DNA of 63,747 nt, the filler included, from Choristocarpus tenellus KU-1152 (lineage: Eukaryota > Protista > Phaeophyceae): NCBI GenBank assembly GCA_964200185.2. It is 11 parts of 11 records of this genome, joined end to end, with 100 filler letters (N's around TTAATTAATTAA, not from the genome) between each part and the next. Parts side by side here need not be neighbours in the genome. Positions count along the whole stretch, not along the records: positions 44,316 to 52,984 come from CAXNAD020004461.1; positions 53,085 to 56,979 come from CAXNAD020017292.1; positions 57,080 to 59,841 come from CAXNAD020024967.1; positions 59,942 to 63,747 come from CAXNAD020017820.1; 7 more parts are not named here. The stretch is one strand, 5' to 3'. The notes beneath the pieces were generated by a model. It ran no database searches. It saw only the letters and a list, made by a program, of their open reading frames with translations, and was not told the origin of the DNA. A program made the translations under genes and the position numbers. Of the stretch, positions 52,501-63,747 are shown piece by piece. Positions within the stretch are counted from its first letter, which is position 1. Each line of letters starts with the position of its first letter.

Positions 52501-52670
52501 TCATGCAGCCACAGCGGCATACCGGTGTTCCATATCACCCACCTCCCCAATTGTTTTTGTGAGCTGACCTCTTCTCCACGGTCTCTTAAGGACATCCACT
52601 TCAAAGTACTCCTCTGAGTAGCTGTGAAGTCTGCGCTGTGAACTCCTCCCTTTCCCTTTGAATGAACCAT
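49586..52670 (-). CDS. Spliced SNF2-family (RAD5/RAD16-like) N-terminal ATPase-lobe protein with degenerate catalytic motifs; 5' end probably beyond the contig
   Basis: Exons 52670-52543 (TATQRSTLKWMSLRD), 51640 to about 51544 (GGVMGHMVHEESAKCLLAFL), 51107-50838 (ATLIVT..EDW..DVVLTTYD), 50271-50140 (ILRAKE..SLLHG) and 49861-49703 (VWWHRIVADHAH..ARWCIL). The 3' end and one junction are uncertain. Confidence 0.8.
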
Positions 52671-52984
52671 CTGGATGTATGTGTAGTGGAAGCAGCTCTT
52701 TGTCAGGTCTTAATATTGGTCTTCAAAAATAACAGAGGGGGTATTCCAGTCAAGCAAGAAGCCCGTGGACATATTTGAGCTACCTATTGGGTGATCTTTG
52801 AGAAAGGGAGGGGACAAGAGAAAGAGAGGTCATGGGTGAGTCAGGAAGTTTGCAGGAGATGCATCTACTGTATACTGAAAGAACAAGGCAACAGGGAAGG
52901 AGGGAGGGGGGCAGTGATGTAGAAGGCAAGACAAACAGTTTTTAGCATCTCTTGCACTGCATGTCATCAAGGGTGATCACAGGG

Positions 52985-53084
52985 NNNNNNNNNNNNNNNN
53001 NNNNNNNNNNNNNNNNNNNNNNNNNNNNTTAATTAATTAANNNNNNNNNNNNNNNNNNNNNNNNNNNNNNNNNNNNNNNNNNNN
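52985..53084. other. Artificial contig linker
   Basis: 44 N + TTAATTAATTAA + 44 N. Confidence 0.99.
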
Positions 53085-53105
53085 CCCCCCAAGATACTTT
53101 GAGCC

Positions 53106-53990
53106 CGAATCAAAGCACTATCTGTCTAAACCGGACAAGCTTACCTTGCCATGGTCGGCCACAGCAGCTAACGTGACCTTAAATTCCTTCCTCTGCTTTT
53201 CTTAGCTGACTCCTACCCTGGTCCAGCTAATCCTTCCGTCTGCTTAGACAGGGTCGCCCTGTCCAGGTATCAAATGATCTGCAGGTTCCCTTTGCTCCCA
53301 CAGCTGTAGCACAGTCCTTCAAACTTGCAAGGACCTGCATGTCTGACCAACCCACACTTGAGACATATTTCACGTGCCTTGGTCTGACCCCTGGCACAGG
53401 ATCCTGTCGTGCCATAGTCTGTACGATGACCAGTCATACTTTGGTCGAATCCTCGGCTGACCTTCTCAGTCCTCTTCTGCGAGTTCATGGTCCTAGCGGC
53501 TAGAGCACTCTGTGGTTCCCTGCTTCGCGAGGGAAAAGTATCTTGAATGGACAGCACGCTGAATGATGTCCCTCGTTCACTGCCCAACACCATGGTGTTG
53601 CAGGTAATGCTTTGTGATCTGGTAGTCGTTGTCCAGAGAATCCAGGAGAGCAATATGTAGAACCTGCTCCGACGTCTCATACCCCATCATCGTCATCTGG
53701 CTCACCCAGTCTAGCATAGTGGTAGAGGTGATTAGGGGGTCGGACCTTCGCGGCATTTTAACATTAATTACCATCTTCTGCAATCTTGCAATTTCCTCAT
53801 CTGAATGAGTGAGATAATGTTCCCTCAATTGCTTCCCAGCCTCCGATGGTAACGCTGCATTGCCAACAATGCACCAGTAGAAGCCAGTCGTACTCCTCAA
53901 CAAAACGTCATATGCCGTTTTGGTCTTGACGTCCTCATCTTCACTCGCATCTGTTCGATTAGACTCTTCCAACTCTATCGAACAGTTGTG
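53106..53990 (-). mobile_element. Ty1/copia gag remnant, interrupted at the protease motif by a family A MITE end (53085-53105)
   Basis: UBN2-like gag (AYDVLL..PSEAGKQLREHY..LLDSLDNDY), knuckle-like CLKCG..CYSCGSKG, then *CFDSG running into GGCTCAAAGTATCT. Confidence 0.8.
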
Positions 53991-54269
53991 GTAAACTTTA
54001 CATGCAGTAAACTACATATGGAGTAAGAGAACAATCATTAGTGATTAAGTTATCAGAACCTTTTATTAGTAATTAGCTATAGGAGAACATTCTCATATAA
54101 AAGGAAATATTTCTGGTTTAATGGGGTGCTGCATGCCCCACTTGGCTTTAATAAATCACTCTACTGAGATCAAGCAATCTCCCTGGGTTTATCACCTTTA
54201 TTCTTTTGGATGATTTGGGCGATACTTTAACACAATTTATTGAACCTTAGGTTTCTAACCCATCATTTC

Positions 54270-56979
54270 ATCATGTCTTCGCATGGAGATGAGATTCTAA
54301 CTGTTCCTGCCAAGGATCCATCTGTTCAAGAATTCCGGTAGCTTAATGGCGATGGTAGCAGATCTGTCAAGATATTTTGGCAATCTCATGTTGCAGTCTG
54401 ATAGAGTCGGCGTTAGAAATCATCCCACCGTCCAGATCGCTGTGCCCAGCACACGTCCTCCGGCTGGGCACGTACCAGTCAAAGTGGGTCTTATGGAACC
54501 CAAGTTGAGGGGAAAATTCCCAGAGAGGGGAAACAGGTCAGATGTTGTGAGCGTCAGAAGTGGGGTGAGCTGGAGGTCCAGTTCTTCGGTGAGTTTGGGT
54601 TCAGGCGCACATATAGTTCACCCTAAGACTAAGAGGTCAAGGACTCAGCCACCAAAAATTATTGGACAACTCGGACAACCGGGACTGGCAGAGGCGTTTC
54701 ATCTTGCATTGTCGATATACCCACTGCCGAGGTGCTTTGACCAGTGAAAGAGTAGTTAACCAAGAACTCTCCTACAAGGAACTTCTTTCGGATGGCTTCA
54801 GTGCGAATGATATCTGGATGGTCGAAGAGGCTTACTATGCACTTACTGTCACTCTTGTCGCACCCACCACCAGGGCTCTATGCTATACACACCAAAGCCT
54901 GAGCGAGCTTTTCTGGGCAGCAAGTGATTGGCTCATGCCAAATACAGTGGGTAATAGCCAACATTTGTTCTGTGAGTTTTTCTCTTCGAAGGTGGAGAAG
55001 GGGGCAAATCCGCTCCTGACCTTAACCCAATTGGAGGAGCTACGGGGGAGGATGCTATCACTGGACCTCGTCATCTCAGACAAGGTGCTGCTCTTACAGT
55101 TTGTGAGTGCTCTCGGATCAGATTACGATACTGAGATACACATGATAGCCTCGCAGAGGACACTATGTCAAGCGAACGTAAAGAAAACTGTTAGAGAGCG
55201 ATATGCTTCCCTTCATGAGGGGACGTCTCAAGACACAATAAGAACAGCCACTGTTTGGTTGTTAGCAGCTCATCACAGAGGAAGAACCAGTCTCATTGTA
55301 ACGGGCATCGTGGGGTCGAACGTAAATTTCATGATCGAAGAAAGAAAAACGGTTCTAATTCCAAACCTAAAGTTCCGAGAAGATTCCTTGTGAGAGATGT
55401 GGTAAGAATGCACATGATGAAAAGGGAGCTTGCCCAAACCGCATCTGCACCAAGTGTGGTGGACGTGCCCATGATACTACGATATGTACTTCAGTGTTCA
55501 TGACTACGGTGGAGTCTGGGAAAGAAAAGAACGAAATCAAGGCGAAACCTTCTCACATTACCGTGGAAAGTGCGACCAGCAGCAACAACAACGAGCGGCA
55601 TGCACTACTTGACTGCCACTGATGACTATCCGAGCAGCAATGCTCCAGGCAAGTGTGGGGTTGGCCGCGAGAGACAAGAGTGGATTTTCGACAGTGTGGC
55701 TTCATGTAACATAACAAACATGATGACACACATGACTAGCTACAAGAAGCCTTGTGTAGGGGATTGAAGGGTAGTCACTGCCAGTCGGAATTCCTTCCGC
55801 ATCGCTGGTCATGGTAATCTAACCATCTTGTTTCCCTCACGTGACAACAAGAAAGAAGAGATAGTCCTCCAGAATGTTGCGCATGTCCCAGATCTTGGCT
55901 TCAATATTTTCTCTTGCCAAGCCACAGCAAATATGGTTGCGAAATGCACTTGCACGGCCAGGACATTTTCGTTACTAGATGGCAAACTTATCTTCACAAG
56001 AGATCCTGGTTGTCATTATACCCTCCATGGTCAGCGCATATTGCTGCGACTGGGTTGAAATGCTGAAAGTGCTTTGAAGGCCACCATAGCCTCCTCACTT
56101 GCACCTCACGCTCCCCACACGAACGTCGACATTAACCTCTTCCATTGCTCTTATGGCCACGTAAGCGAGGCATTGCTCAAGTCCACCGCCACTTCAATGG
56201 GCATTACATTGGTGGGTGAGCTAGAGCCATGTGCAGGCTGCTCTATGAGCAAGGGCATACGGAAGGGCCTCCGGTCAAGCACGTCTACAAGGGCAGTAAG
56301 AAAGCTGGGTCTGGTTTTTGTTGATCAAGTGGGAAGAGGGCTACCCTTTCAATGGACCATAAACAATATACAATGATAATCCGAGACGACTATTCTCGTT
56401 TTGTTCGATTGTATTTCCTTCGTGCTAAGTCAGATGCCGCCAAAGCCTTCAAGAAGTACCTGGCCGATATCCGGGCCGACAGTACTTCCTCTTGGGTCAT
56501 GTGCATGCAGCTTGATAATGGGAGGAAATTTAATGAGGGTGCTTTCGGTGCTCTTTGCCGTGATCGCGGGATAAAACAGGAGTTTGCACCTGCAGACAGT
56601 CCTCAATTTCATGGGGTTACTGAACGCATGCTGGATATTATTGATGGGGCTTTAATAGCTGCCCGCCTTCAAGCTCCACTACTTTTTCCCCATGCCACTA
56701 TCCCCAAGACAGACTCTCTATGGGCTGAAGCTCAACACTATGTCTGTGACTTGCCCAACCGCACATCGACCACAGCTAACCCTAATTGTAAATCACTATA
56801 TGAAATGTGGTATGGCACCCCTGCACCTCTGTTGACCTACCAATCTCTTCAACCTGGTTTTGCCGTCTTAGTAAAACCCGTAAGACTTTCCAAAAGGCTC
56901 AACAGTGTTTTTACCTGGGGCCAGGGATCAATCACTCCCATGATGTGTACCGTGTTCTTACTTCGACCGGTGCCATAGT
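54270..56979 (+). mobile_element. Ty1/copia LTR retrotransposon gag-PR-IN, pseudogenised, truncated by contig end
   Basis: Gag 54662-55393; knuckles CERCGKNAH/CTKCGGRAH; protease WIFDSVASCNIT; pre-integrase HCSYGHVS..CAGC; integrase DDYSRF, LDNGRKF, SPQFHGVTER, LWAEA. Frameshifts and stops throughout. Confidence 0.95.
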
Positions 56980-57079
56980 NNNNNNNNNNNNNNNNNNNNN
57001 NNNNNNNNNNNNNNNNNNNNNNNTTAATTAATTAANNNNNNNNNNNNNNNNNNNNNNNNNNNNNNNNNNNNNNNNNNNN
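56980..57079. other. Artificial contig linker
   Basis: 44 N + TTAATTAATTAA + 44 N. Confidence 0.99.
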
Positions 57080-57690
57080 AAGTATTATTTGAAGTATTAT
57101 TTGATGTATTATTTGATGTAAGACCTCTAAGATACTTTGGCTCGAGTGTCATAGCATCTTAGAGGTGGGGGGGGGGGATGTTTAGCCCAGGTTGTTCATT
57201 CGGGACTTGACCAGGTATTGTAAGATAATTCAGTTTTGTTGGATTTGGTTCAGGGTTAGGAGGGTGGGAAAGGAAGTTGTGCTCAGGTGAAGGAAATTGG
57301 AAGTTACTGCAGGTTCACACAGGCCTCGAATGGACGCCTGAACTCCCCTCTAGGAAACTACAGATAGTGACATGTTGTTGTGAATAACACACTATGTTGT
57401 TGTGGTAGTTTAACCTATGAAACTTTTAAAGTCATGCTTCTGCTGCTTCTATTGTTATCCAAACAAAAAAGTTTTAGTAAGTTAACAGTTATCCCCAGCA
57501 ACTGATAGCTCTGATTGATCCGCAGCCGTCTACAATGCTGCTAGTATGCTATGTCACAGGAATGTCTATGCATTGGAGCTGTCTAAACATTCCCCCTCCT
57601 CCTCCCCCCCTCCCCCCCTCCCCCCCGGTTGTTTTTTGTGTCCATCTTGTTTGTGTTTTTATATTATTATTATTGTTTTTTTTTGATAAG

Positions 57691-58710
57691 GTACAGGAAT
57701 CTCAAGCCAATCGGCGACGGCTCCTACGGTTTCGTGTGTTCCGCTGATGACCAGGTACGGAATCTAAGATTCAAAATCTAAGATTCAAAATCTAAGATTC
57801 AAAACCAAACAACCAGTCATGCGTTTTAATAAAACACATATTTAATGTAACACCTTTTGGTTGTATTGAAAAATGTATTGAAAAATAAAGTAATAAAATA
57901 GTGTGTACTGTACTGTCGGAGGCGATATTCGTCCTGTATGCCTCTAAATTATTATTATTTTAAAGTGGTAGTGAAGAACACAACAATTGTCTCAAAAATT
58001 TATTTGAAATTCATAAAAAAAAAAACCAACGAAAAACCAACCAAAAATTGTCTCTTGAAAATATGTTTGACGTGTTGAACTAGAGAGAGACATGTGACGA
58101 AAAAGGTACCAATTTTTCTTTTTTCTTTTTTCTTGTTTTGTGCATCAGATGTTTAGAAAAGAAAACGTGCTAATGATATTTCTATTTTTTATCCATTTTT
58201 ATTAATCTTCTCGCCGTTTGTATGTTGTGTAGCGTTGTGAACAGCAATGAGTCAACTTCAACTTTCGTCTTTTCTTTTTTTAAATGTTTTTTTTTCTTAT
58301 TACCTCTTTTCCATTGCTTTTTAAAATTTAATCCTCTCCCTAGACATAGAGGTGCATCCTCTCTCCCCCCTCTGTTGCTACTTTTTTTTTCTCATTCTTT
58401 TGAAAGAATAAAAAATAAATAATAAACATCCATTTTGTTTTTTTTTTCTCATTATTTTGAAAAAATAAAAATAACTTAAATAAAAAATCCATTTTGTTGG
58501 GCTTTTTCTTCGATTTCTTCGATTTTTTTTTTTGTTAAAGGTGACCGGTATGTCCGTAGCTATCAAAAAAGTGAAGGATATCTTCCGTAATGTGGATGAT
58601 GCCAAGAGGGTCTTGAGGGAACTCAAACTGCTGAGGCACTTTAGACCACATGAAAATGTGGTGACAATTTTGGACATCATGGTGCACCCCAAGAACACCT
58701 TGGACTTCAG
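57691..58710 (+). CDS. Mitogen-activated protein kinase (MAPK), two internal exons (subdomains I-IV)
   Basis: Exon 57691-57754 [21 protein letters not shown]. Exon 58541-58710 [51 protein letters not shown] and phase-consistent. Confidence 0.93.
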
Positions 58711-58727
58711 GTATGATTGCTACCCTT

Positions 58728-58760
<33 letters not shown>

Positions 58761-59185
58761 CATGGCCATGACAACAACCTTTTATGTTTGTTTGTGAGTG
58801 TTTGTATACATCCTTGTGATTTTTTATTTTACTTTATTTTTTATCATGCTTTTTTTTTTGGCAGAGTGTTTATGCCGCGCACCCTGGGGCATTGAAGGGA
58901 GGCGCCCCGGTGTGGTAGGATGTGTTTGTGTGTGTTGTGAGTAAAGTTTTGTGTAGGATTTGTTTATGATTTGTTTATGATTTGTTTATGATTTGTTTTT
59001 TATTTATTTTTTATTTGTTTTTTATTTGTTTTTTATTTTGTGTGAAAACGAATAGATAACTCGTGAGATACATGTTCCTTCCCTCAGCCTGCAGGAGAGT
59101 CCTTCCCTTGGTCAACAAAGACCCATCTGCACTCTAGCAATTTCGAACCTCACTTCTATCCTCCCATTTCTTCCACACTCCCTTT

Positions 59186-59236
59186 TGAGTAACTGTCACC
59201 TGAGTAACTGTCACCTGAGTAACTGTCACCTGAGTA
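59186..59236. repeat. 15-bp tandem repeat x3.4
   Basis: (tgagtaactgtcacc)3 tgagta. Other short tandems lie at about 57080-57120, 57762-57803 and 58957-58997. Confidence 0.9.
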
Positions 59237-59841
59237 GTTCAGCGCATCCTGACACTGTCGAAAGAAACTTGGTTATGCCTTCTCATGGGTCTCAGCATCA
59301 TACTCTTTGTACTATCTCCTCCATAGCTTGGACAGGGTCATTGGTGTCATCCGAGTGAAGCTCCGGCCTGCCCTGGTCTACAGAAGGCAAAATAATCCCT
59401 GGTCCATGGTGTGGAAACCCAGTGACTGGGGAGGTTGATTGAGAAAGCGCATATTGAGAAGCCTCTAGCAACGGCTGAGTCATCCACTCCACTCTTCACA
59501 GATGCCCCATATGTGGGATTCCATTTTGGCTCTTAAAGGCCTTCCCAACCTATAGCGTCCCAGGCGTGCGTGTTCAAGCAGGACATTGCCCTTCCCTTCC
59601 CTTCTATCCCTTCACTAGGGCCCTATTTCTCGAGTACCTCACCTGTTGGTTGTTGAGACACTCTTGATCTCCGTGGTGGTGCCTCAGACCCGATCATGGG
59701 ATAGCTCATTCTGTTTTTCGTGATTGGCTCATTTCTCTCTCTCTCTCTCATTGGTCGAATGCCAATCATCCCACGAAGTTAACCCTAACCCCAACTCGGG
59801 TCCTCTGAAACGCACATACGCGTTCGTGGGGGGGGGGGCGG

Positions 59842-59941
59842 NNNNNNNNNNNNNNNNNNNNNNNNNNNNNNNNNNNNNNNNNNNNTTAATTAATTAANNN
59901 NNNNNNNNNNNNNNNNNNNNNNNNNNNNNNNNNNNNNNNNN
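59842..59941. other. Artificial contig linker
   Basis: 44 N + TTAATTAATTAA + 44 N. Confidence 0.99.
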
Positions 59942-60199
59942 GCCCATCCTCAATGAAAAGCTCCATCCTCAATTTTTTTTTTTTGTTGTTCTTACTATAG
60001 CCAATTTGGAGCTCTACAAATTCCAGGAAAGGGTAAACAGGGAGACCTACTTCGATCTACGAGAATCGCTCGACACCCCTTGAAAATAGTACTCCAAGTA
60101 ATGGAAAACTTGCGTTTCCATCCCTGCCCCCTCCCCCCTTTCCCAACATCGCCCTTCCTACTCTCCTTTTGGTATTCCACACCCCAAGATGTGTCACCA

Positions 60200-62765
60200 G
60201 GAAGTCCCTTGCCCTCCCTTGTCGCCTGCCGGAGAGTCTGGGGGGCAGACCCCGCACCCAAGACCCTACGGACAAGGAGGAAGCTACAGAGGATGGGTTG
60301 CAGGGATCCAAGGCTGAACAGGCACAGAAAACTGCCGAGACAAGATTGAAGGAGGATCCGAAGCTCAAGACAGTATTCTTGAGAGAAGAGGTCACTGCAT
60401 TCAGTGAAGGGAAGATCACAGCCGCAGGTTTCTATATTTCCCTTGCAGGGGTGTTTGGACCCAGGCGTGATGCTATGATACCAAAGGTGAGCAAATGGGA
60501 AGGAAGAGAGGAATATGGGGGGGGGAAGTGAGCTCATCTGTTGATGAAATACTTGTTAGGTTTTAGTTTTTCGGTATTTTCAATCAAGTATCTGCGCCAT
60601 GAGATTTGATGGGCAAGCGCAAATGACCAGCAACGTAATTAAACACTCACAAGGACAGACTTTGAGTAAACTGGTACTGCTATATCGTACTACAGCGCAC
60701 TTATTGGTTTGTGAACTCAACCAATTAATAGCTACTCGTAGGCTCTCTCATGATGTGCTTCTTTGTGATATTGAGCATTCTAGAGGAGTCACCTAGGTAC
60801 CATTTCGGTCTTCCCACTGCGTTTCGCTTGGCTTCATCACATCGCACCCAACACAAACCATTTTGAGGTGCATCCCCTCCCCCAACAACTCTTACCATTG
60901 GTGCCCTTGCCACTCTTACACATTGTACAAAGGTTGCACGCAGCCTCCCCCTCGACAGGGCAAGGAACCTGGTTGCCGCTGCAGGCCTCGACAAGGGCAT
61001 ACTTGCAGACCTCGAAACAGAAGATGCAAAGCTACAATCCCTACTGGAACGCAGGAAGAAGCAGAGCAAATTGGAAACAAAGGCAACAACAAGCGGTGCC
61101 ACAGTTCACGACGTACAGCTCTCAGGATGTCGTTTGGCCAACCGACTCCTCAGTTGCAATAATGGGAGTATGTCTAGGATAATGGGAAGTGCGGGGGGGA
61201 ATGATCACGAGGGAGAGGGTCTAGTTAGGGTTCTTGTGATGGGAGGAGGAGTAGCAGCTGTTGCTCGAATCCTGCGTATGTTTGAGAGTTTTGACATTCA
61301 GCTTATGAAAGAGGTTATTGAGCTGGCAGTGGCTATGGTGCGCCACCTCTTAGGTCTGGCGAGCCTCAGGGAATACATTGCTGATGCCAATGGTCCTCAA
61401 CCTGGTTGGGGGGTGGGTGGGGATAAAATGGAGAGACTGGGGGTGGAAGGTAGGTGGATATGGCTAAAGGAGCAAATGCAATTGCTCACGGCTCCTCGGA
61501 TATGCAAAAGGGTTGGAGAAGTGGCAAGGGAGTATCCCCAAGATGCCTGCATCCAACTGTTGTGCTGCTCATTTATATCTGAAGCAGGAACAAATAGTTC
61601 TGAGGTGCGTCGGTGCCTCGCTGAAACATGTGAAATAGTGGTTGTTGCCATGGAGACTGCACAGGTGATGCAAAGGGAGTGTAAGGAAAGGGAAGATTTG
61701 AGCTGGGAAAGTGAAGATAGAATCAATGGATATGGGGACAAGGGCAATTTCAGCCTAGATAACGGATCAAGTGAGGGTAAGGGAAGTGATAGCAGTTGTC
61801 AGTACAGCACACTTCTTAGAATAGCTTGCCAGGCGCTGTCAACCCTGGCCCAGGAGCAAGGTCTTGCACGAAGGTTGGCTAAAGCTGGGGCGGGTCACGC
61901 AGTGATTTCAGCTATGGAGGCTGCCCCAGATGAGCGTGAAGTGCAGGTCAGTTGTCTGCAGGCATTGTTGTCGCTGTCCAAGCATAACCCTGGGATTTGG
62001 ATTTCATCATTGACCGGGAAACTGTCCAATGTTGGTGCTTATGAAGTGGCTACAGGGTGTAGGGACTCTGGCAAAGAGAGCAAGGAACATGTTGCCAGTG
62101 AGTTGCTTTTGTCTTTGGAGCGACCTAATGTAGAGGTTTCAAAGCCTTGCCAAAGGATAGTAGCATGCCTGGAGACCTTCTCCAGGGATGCTGAGGTTCA
62201 TCACGCTTCCTGCCAAGTCGCAGTCTGCCTCATGGAGGGATGCTTGGGAGAGGAGGCAGCCCTCGCAATCTGTCTTGAAAAGGGGGGGCCTGCACTTGTG
62301 AATGTCCTTTGTACCTCTCCCGATGATGGCAACACTCAGCTTCTGGCAGTCCAAGGTCTCACTTTGATTATTGAATCTTTGGCTATTGGTGAAGAAGGCA
62401 CTCACGGAGAAGAAATAGTGGGCAAGAAAGAAGCAAATGCAGGGATAGAGGCGAACGAAAACTCAGTTGCTGTGGGAAATATCATTGTTGAAGAAGATGC
62501 ACAGGTGCCTTTAGTGAAAGTGCTGACCACTAGCCTCATTGGTTCAGGGGTGTGCGAGTTACTCAACAAGACCCTGGAGACATACTCTTGCAGTCAAGAG
62601 CTGCGCCGGGCCTGTCTTAGAGTCACGGCCTTGCTCTGCCACCTTGCTGGTGCTGCAGCCGGTCAAAGGCTTTTCGTTGCAGGAGCTTGTGAGCAGGCAA
62701 GCTTACCTAAACCCCTCAACCACATCCTAGCAACTTCTATCTCAAGTAGTCATATCTGCAGGTAG
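60200..62765 (+). CDS. Armadillo-repeat protein with an N-terminal PAH-like helical domain (partial gene)
   Basis: Exon from about 60200 to 60486 (..TAFSEGKITAAGFYISLAGVFG..MIPK|GTGAGC) splices in frame to a long exon from 60933 (VARSLPLDRARNL..) through ORF 61071-62765. ARM-like units include LAKAGAGHAVISAMEAAPDEREVQVSCLQALLSL. Confidence 0.8.
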
Positions 62766-63321
62766 AGTGCCGATCTGCTCATCTTTTCTCTGTTGCAAGG
62801 GATATCAAAGCTGTCAGCATATCCTTGGACGTACTTTGGAGCCTATTTACATATATATATACGCAGATTTATACTTTAGAGTAAACACACTTCTATTGCT
62901 TCAAAGCATTGCTTGAAATGACCCTTTGGATAGGAGATAGGAACATTGTGTGCCATGTATTGTTGGGTATTGTCGGGGACCAGAAATTTTTTTCTACCAA
63001 AATTTCTACTTCAGATTGTGAATAGTATGTTACAGCACATATTTTTGGTTGATTCCGATCACCCTTTTTTAAAGATGATCTTTGCCAAGGCACTATGCAC
63101 AAGGTTTTATCATTGTGTGCACAGCGCCTGTTACATACCCCAGAGTACTACTACCAAGCGGCATACACTTGAGTACATAAGAGTATTCACGTTCTTGCTG
63201 GCAGCTACACACCAACTGATAAGTCACCAACATAGGGAGAGTATCACATTGTATCCAGTTGTGCTGCTCGCACCTTGTTTATCACCACTTCTAACACTAT
63301 CAAGGAATCTCAGCAGTAAGA

Positions 63322-63499
63322 GGGTCAAAGTATCTGGGGGGGGGGGTCGGCGTCCGTTTTTCACCCTTTTTTCGATTTTCACTTTTTGGTGTGATTTGGT
63401 CGCATGTGTCGGATTTGAATTGTCAGCAAAAAAAAGAGTTGTTTGACCGAAACGGACACCCCCTCGCAAACCACTCCCCCTTCCCAGATACTTTGACCC
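63322..63499. mobile_element. MITE family A with 3-bp TSD (AGA)
   Basis: aga|GGGTCAAAGTATCTGGG ... CCCAGATACTTTGACCC|aga (17-bp perfect TIR). Confidence 0.88.
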
Positions 63500-63706
63500 A
63501 GAGTCTAGTGCAAGTGTTCTGCACAAACCTCTTGGAACATATCCTTCTTCTCACATGGTCCACAAACTCATTAACCTTGTGCGAATGGTCCATACCCGTG
63601 GTAAAGAAGTCGACCCGTGTATCTAATTAATGACTCCAGACTCTCTAATGTGGTAACCCCAAAATGTGAACAATATGGTGTGGCTATCTCTAATCAAGAA
63701 TCGTAA

Positions 63707-63747
63707 GACTCAAAGTATCTGGGGGGGGGTGGCAGCTGTCCATTTGG
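63707..63747. mobile_element. MITE family A, start truncated by window end
   Basis: GACTCAAAGTATCTGGGGGGGGGTGGCAGCTGT matches the reverse complement of about 13515-13550. Confidence 0.7.

Overview
Eukaryotic, intron-rich, transposon-dense DNA. It is made of 11 contigs joined by ten artificial 100-bp linkers (44 N + TTAATTAATTAA + 44 N, stops in all six frames), so neighbouring contigs need not be adjacent in the genome. GT-AG exons with pyrimidine tracts, TTAGGG-type repeats and the style of the TE proteins suggest a stramenopile, probably a brown alga or close relative (inference only). Host genes: one complete 7-exon Zn-ribbon/PA/RING-H2 E3 ligase (45541-48818, +); a convergent spliced SNF2-family gene whose Walker A, Walker B and motif III are all degenerate (about 49600-52670, -); and partial genes for PFK-2/FBPase-2, V-ATPase subunit C, a MAP kinase and a PAH-like/armadillo protein. 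The rest is decayed mobile DNA: Ty3/gypsy, two or three Ty1/copia, an RTE LINE, CRE-type RLE retrotransposon ends, a DIRS/Ngaro tyrosine recombinase, two IS630/Tc1-like copies, two MITE/hairpin families and a foldback. No rRNA, tRNA or CRISPR array was found. The best leads are the dead half-SNF2, the TM-less PA-RING ligase, an inverted pair of paralogous exon modules, an unclassified Zn-knuckle coding relic bracketed by telomere repeats, a 3-bp-TSD MITE family and a CpG-decay signature. None is a demonstrated new system. All alignments and translations were done by eye.
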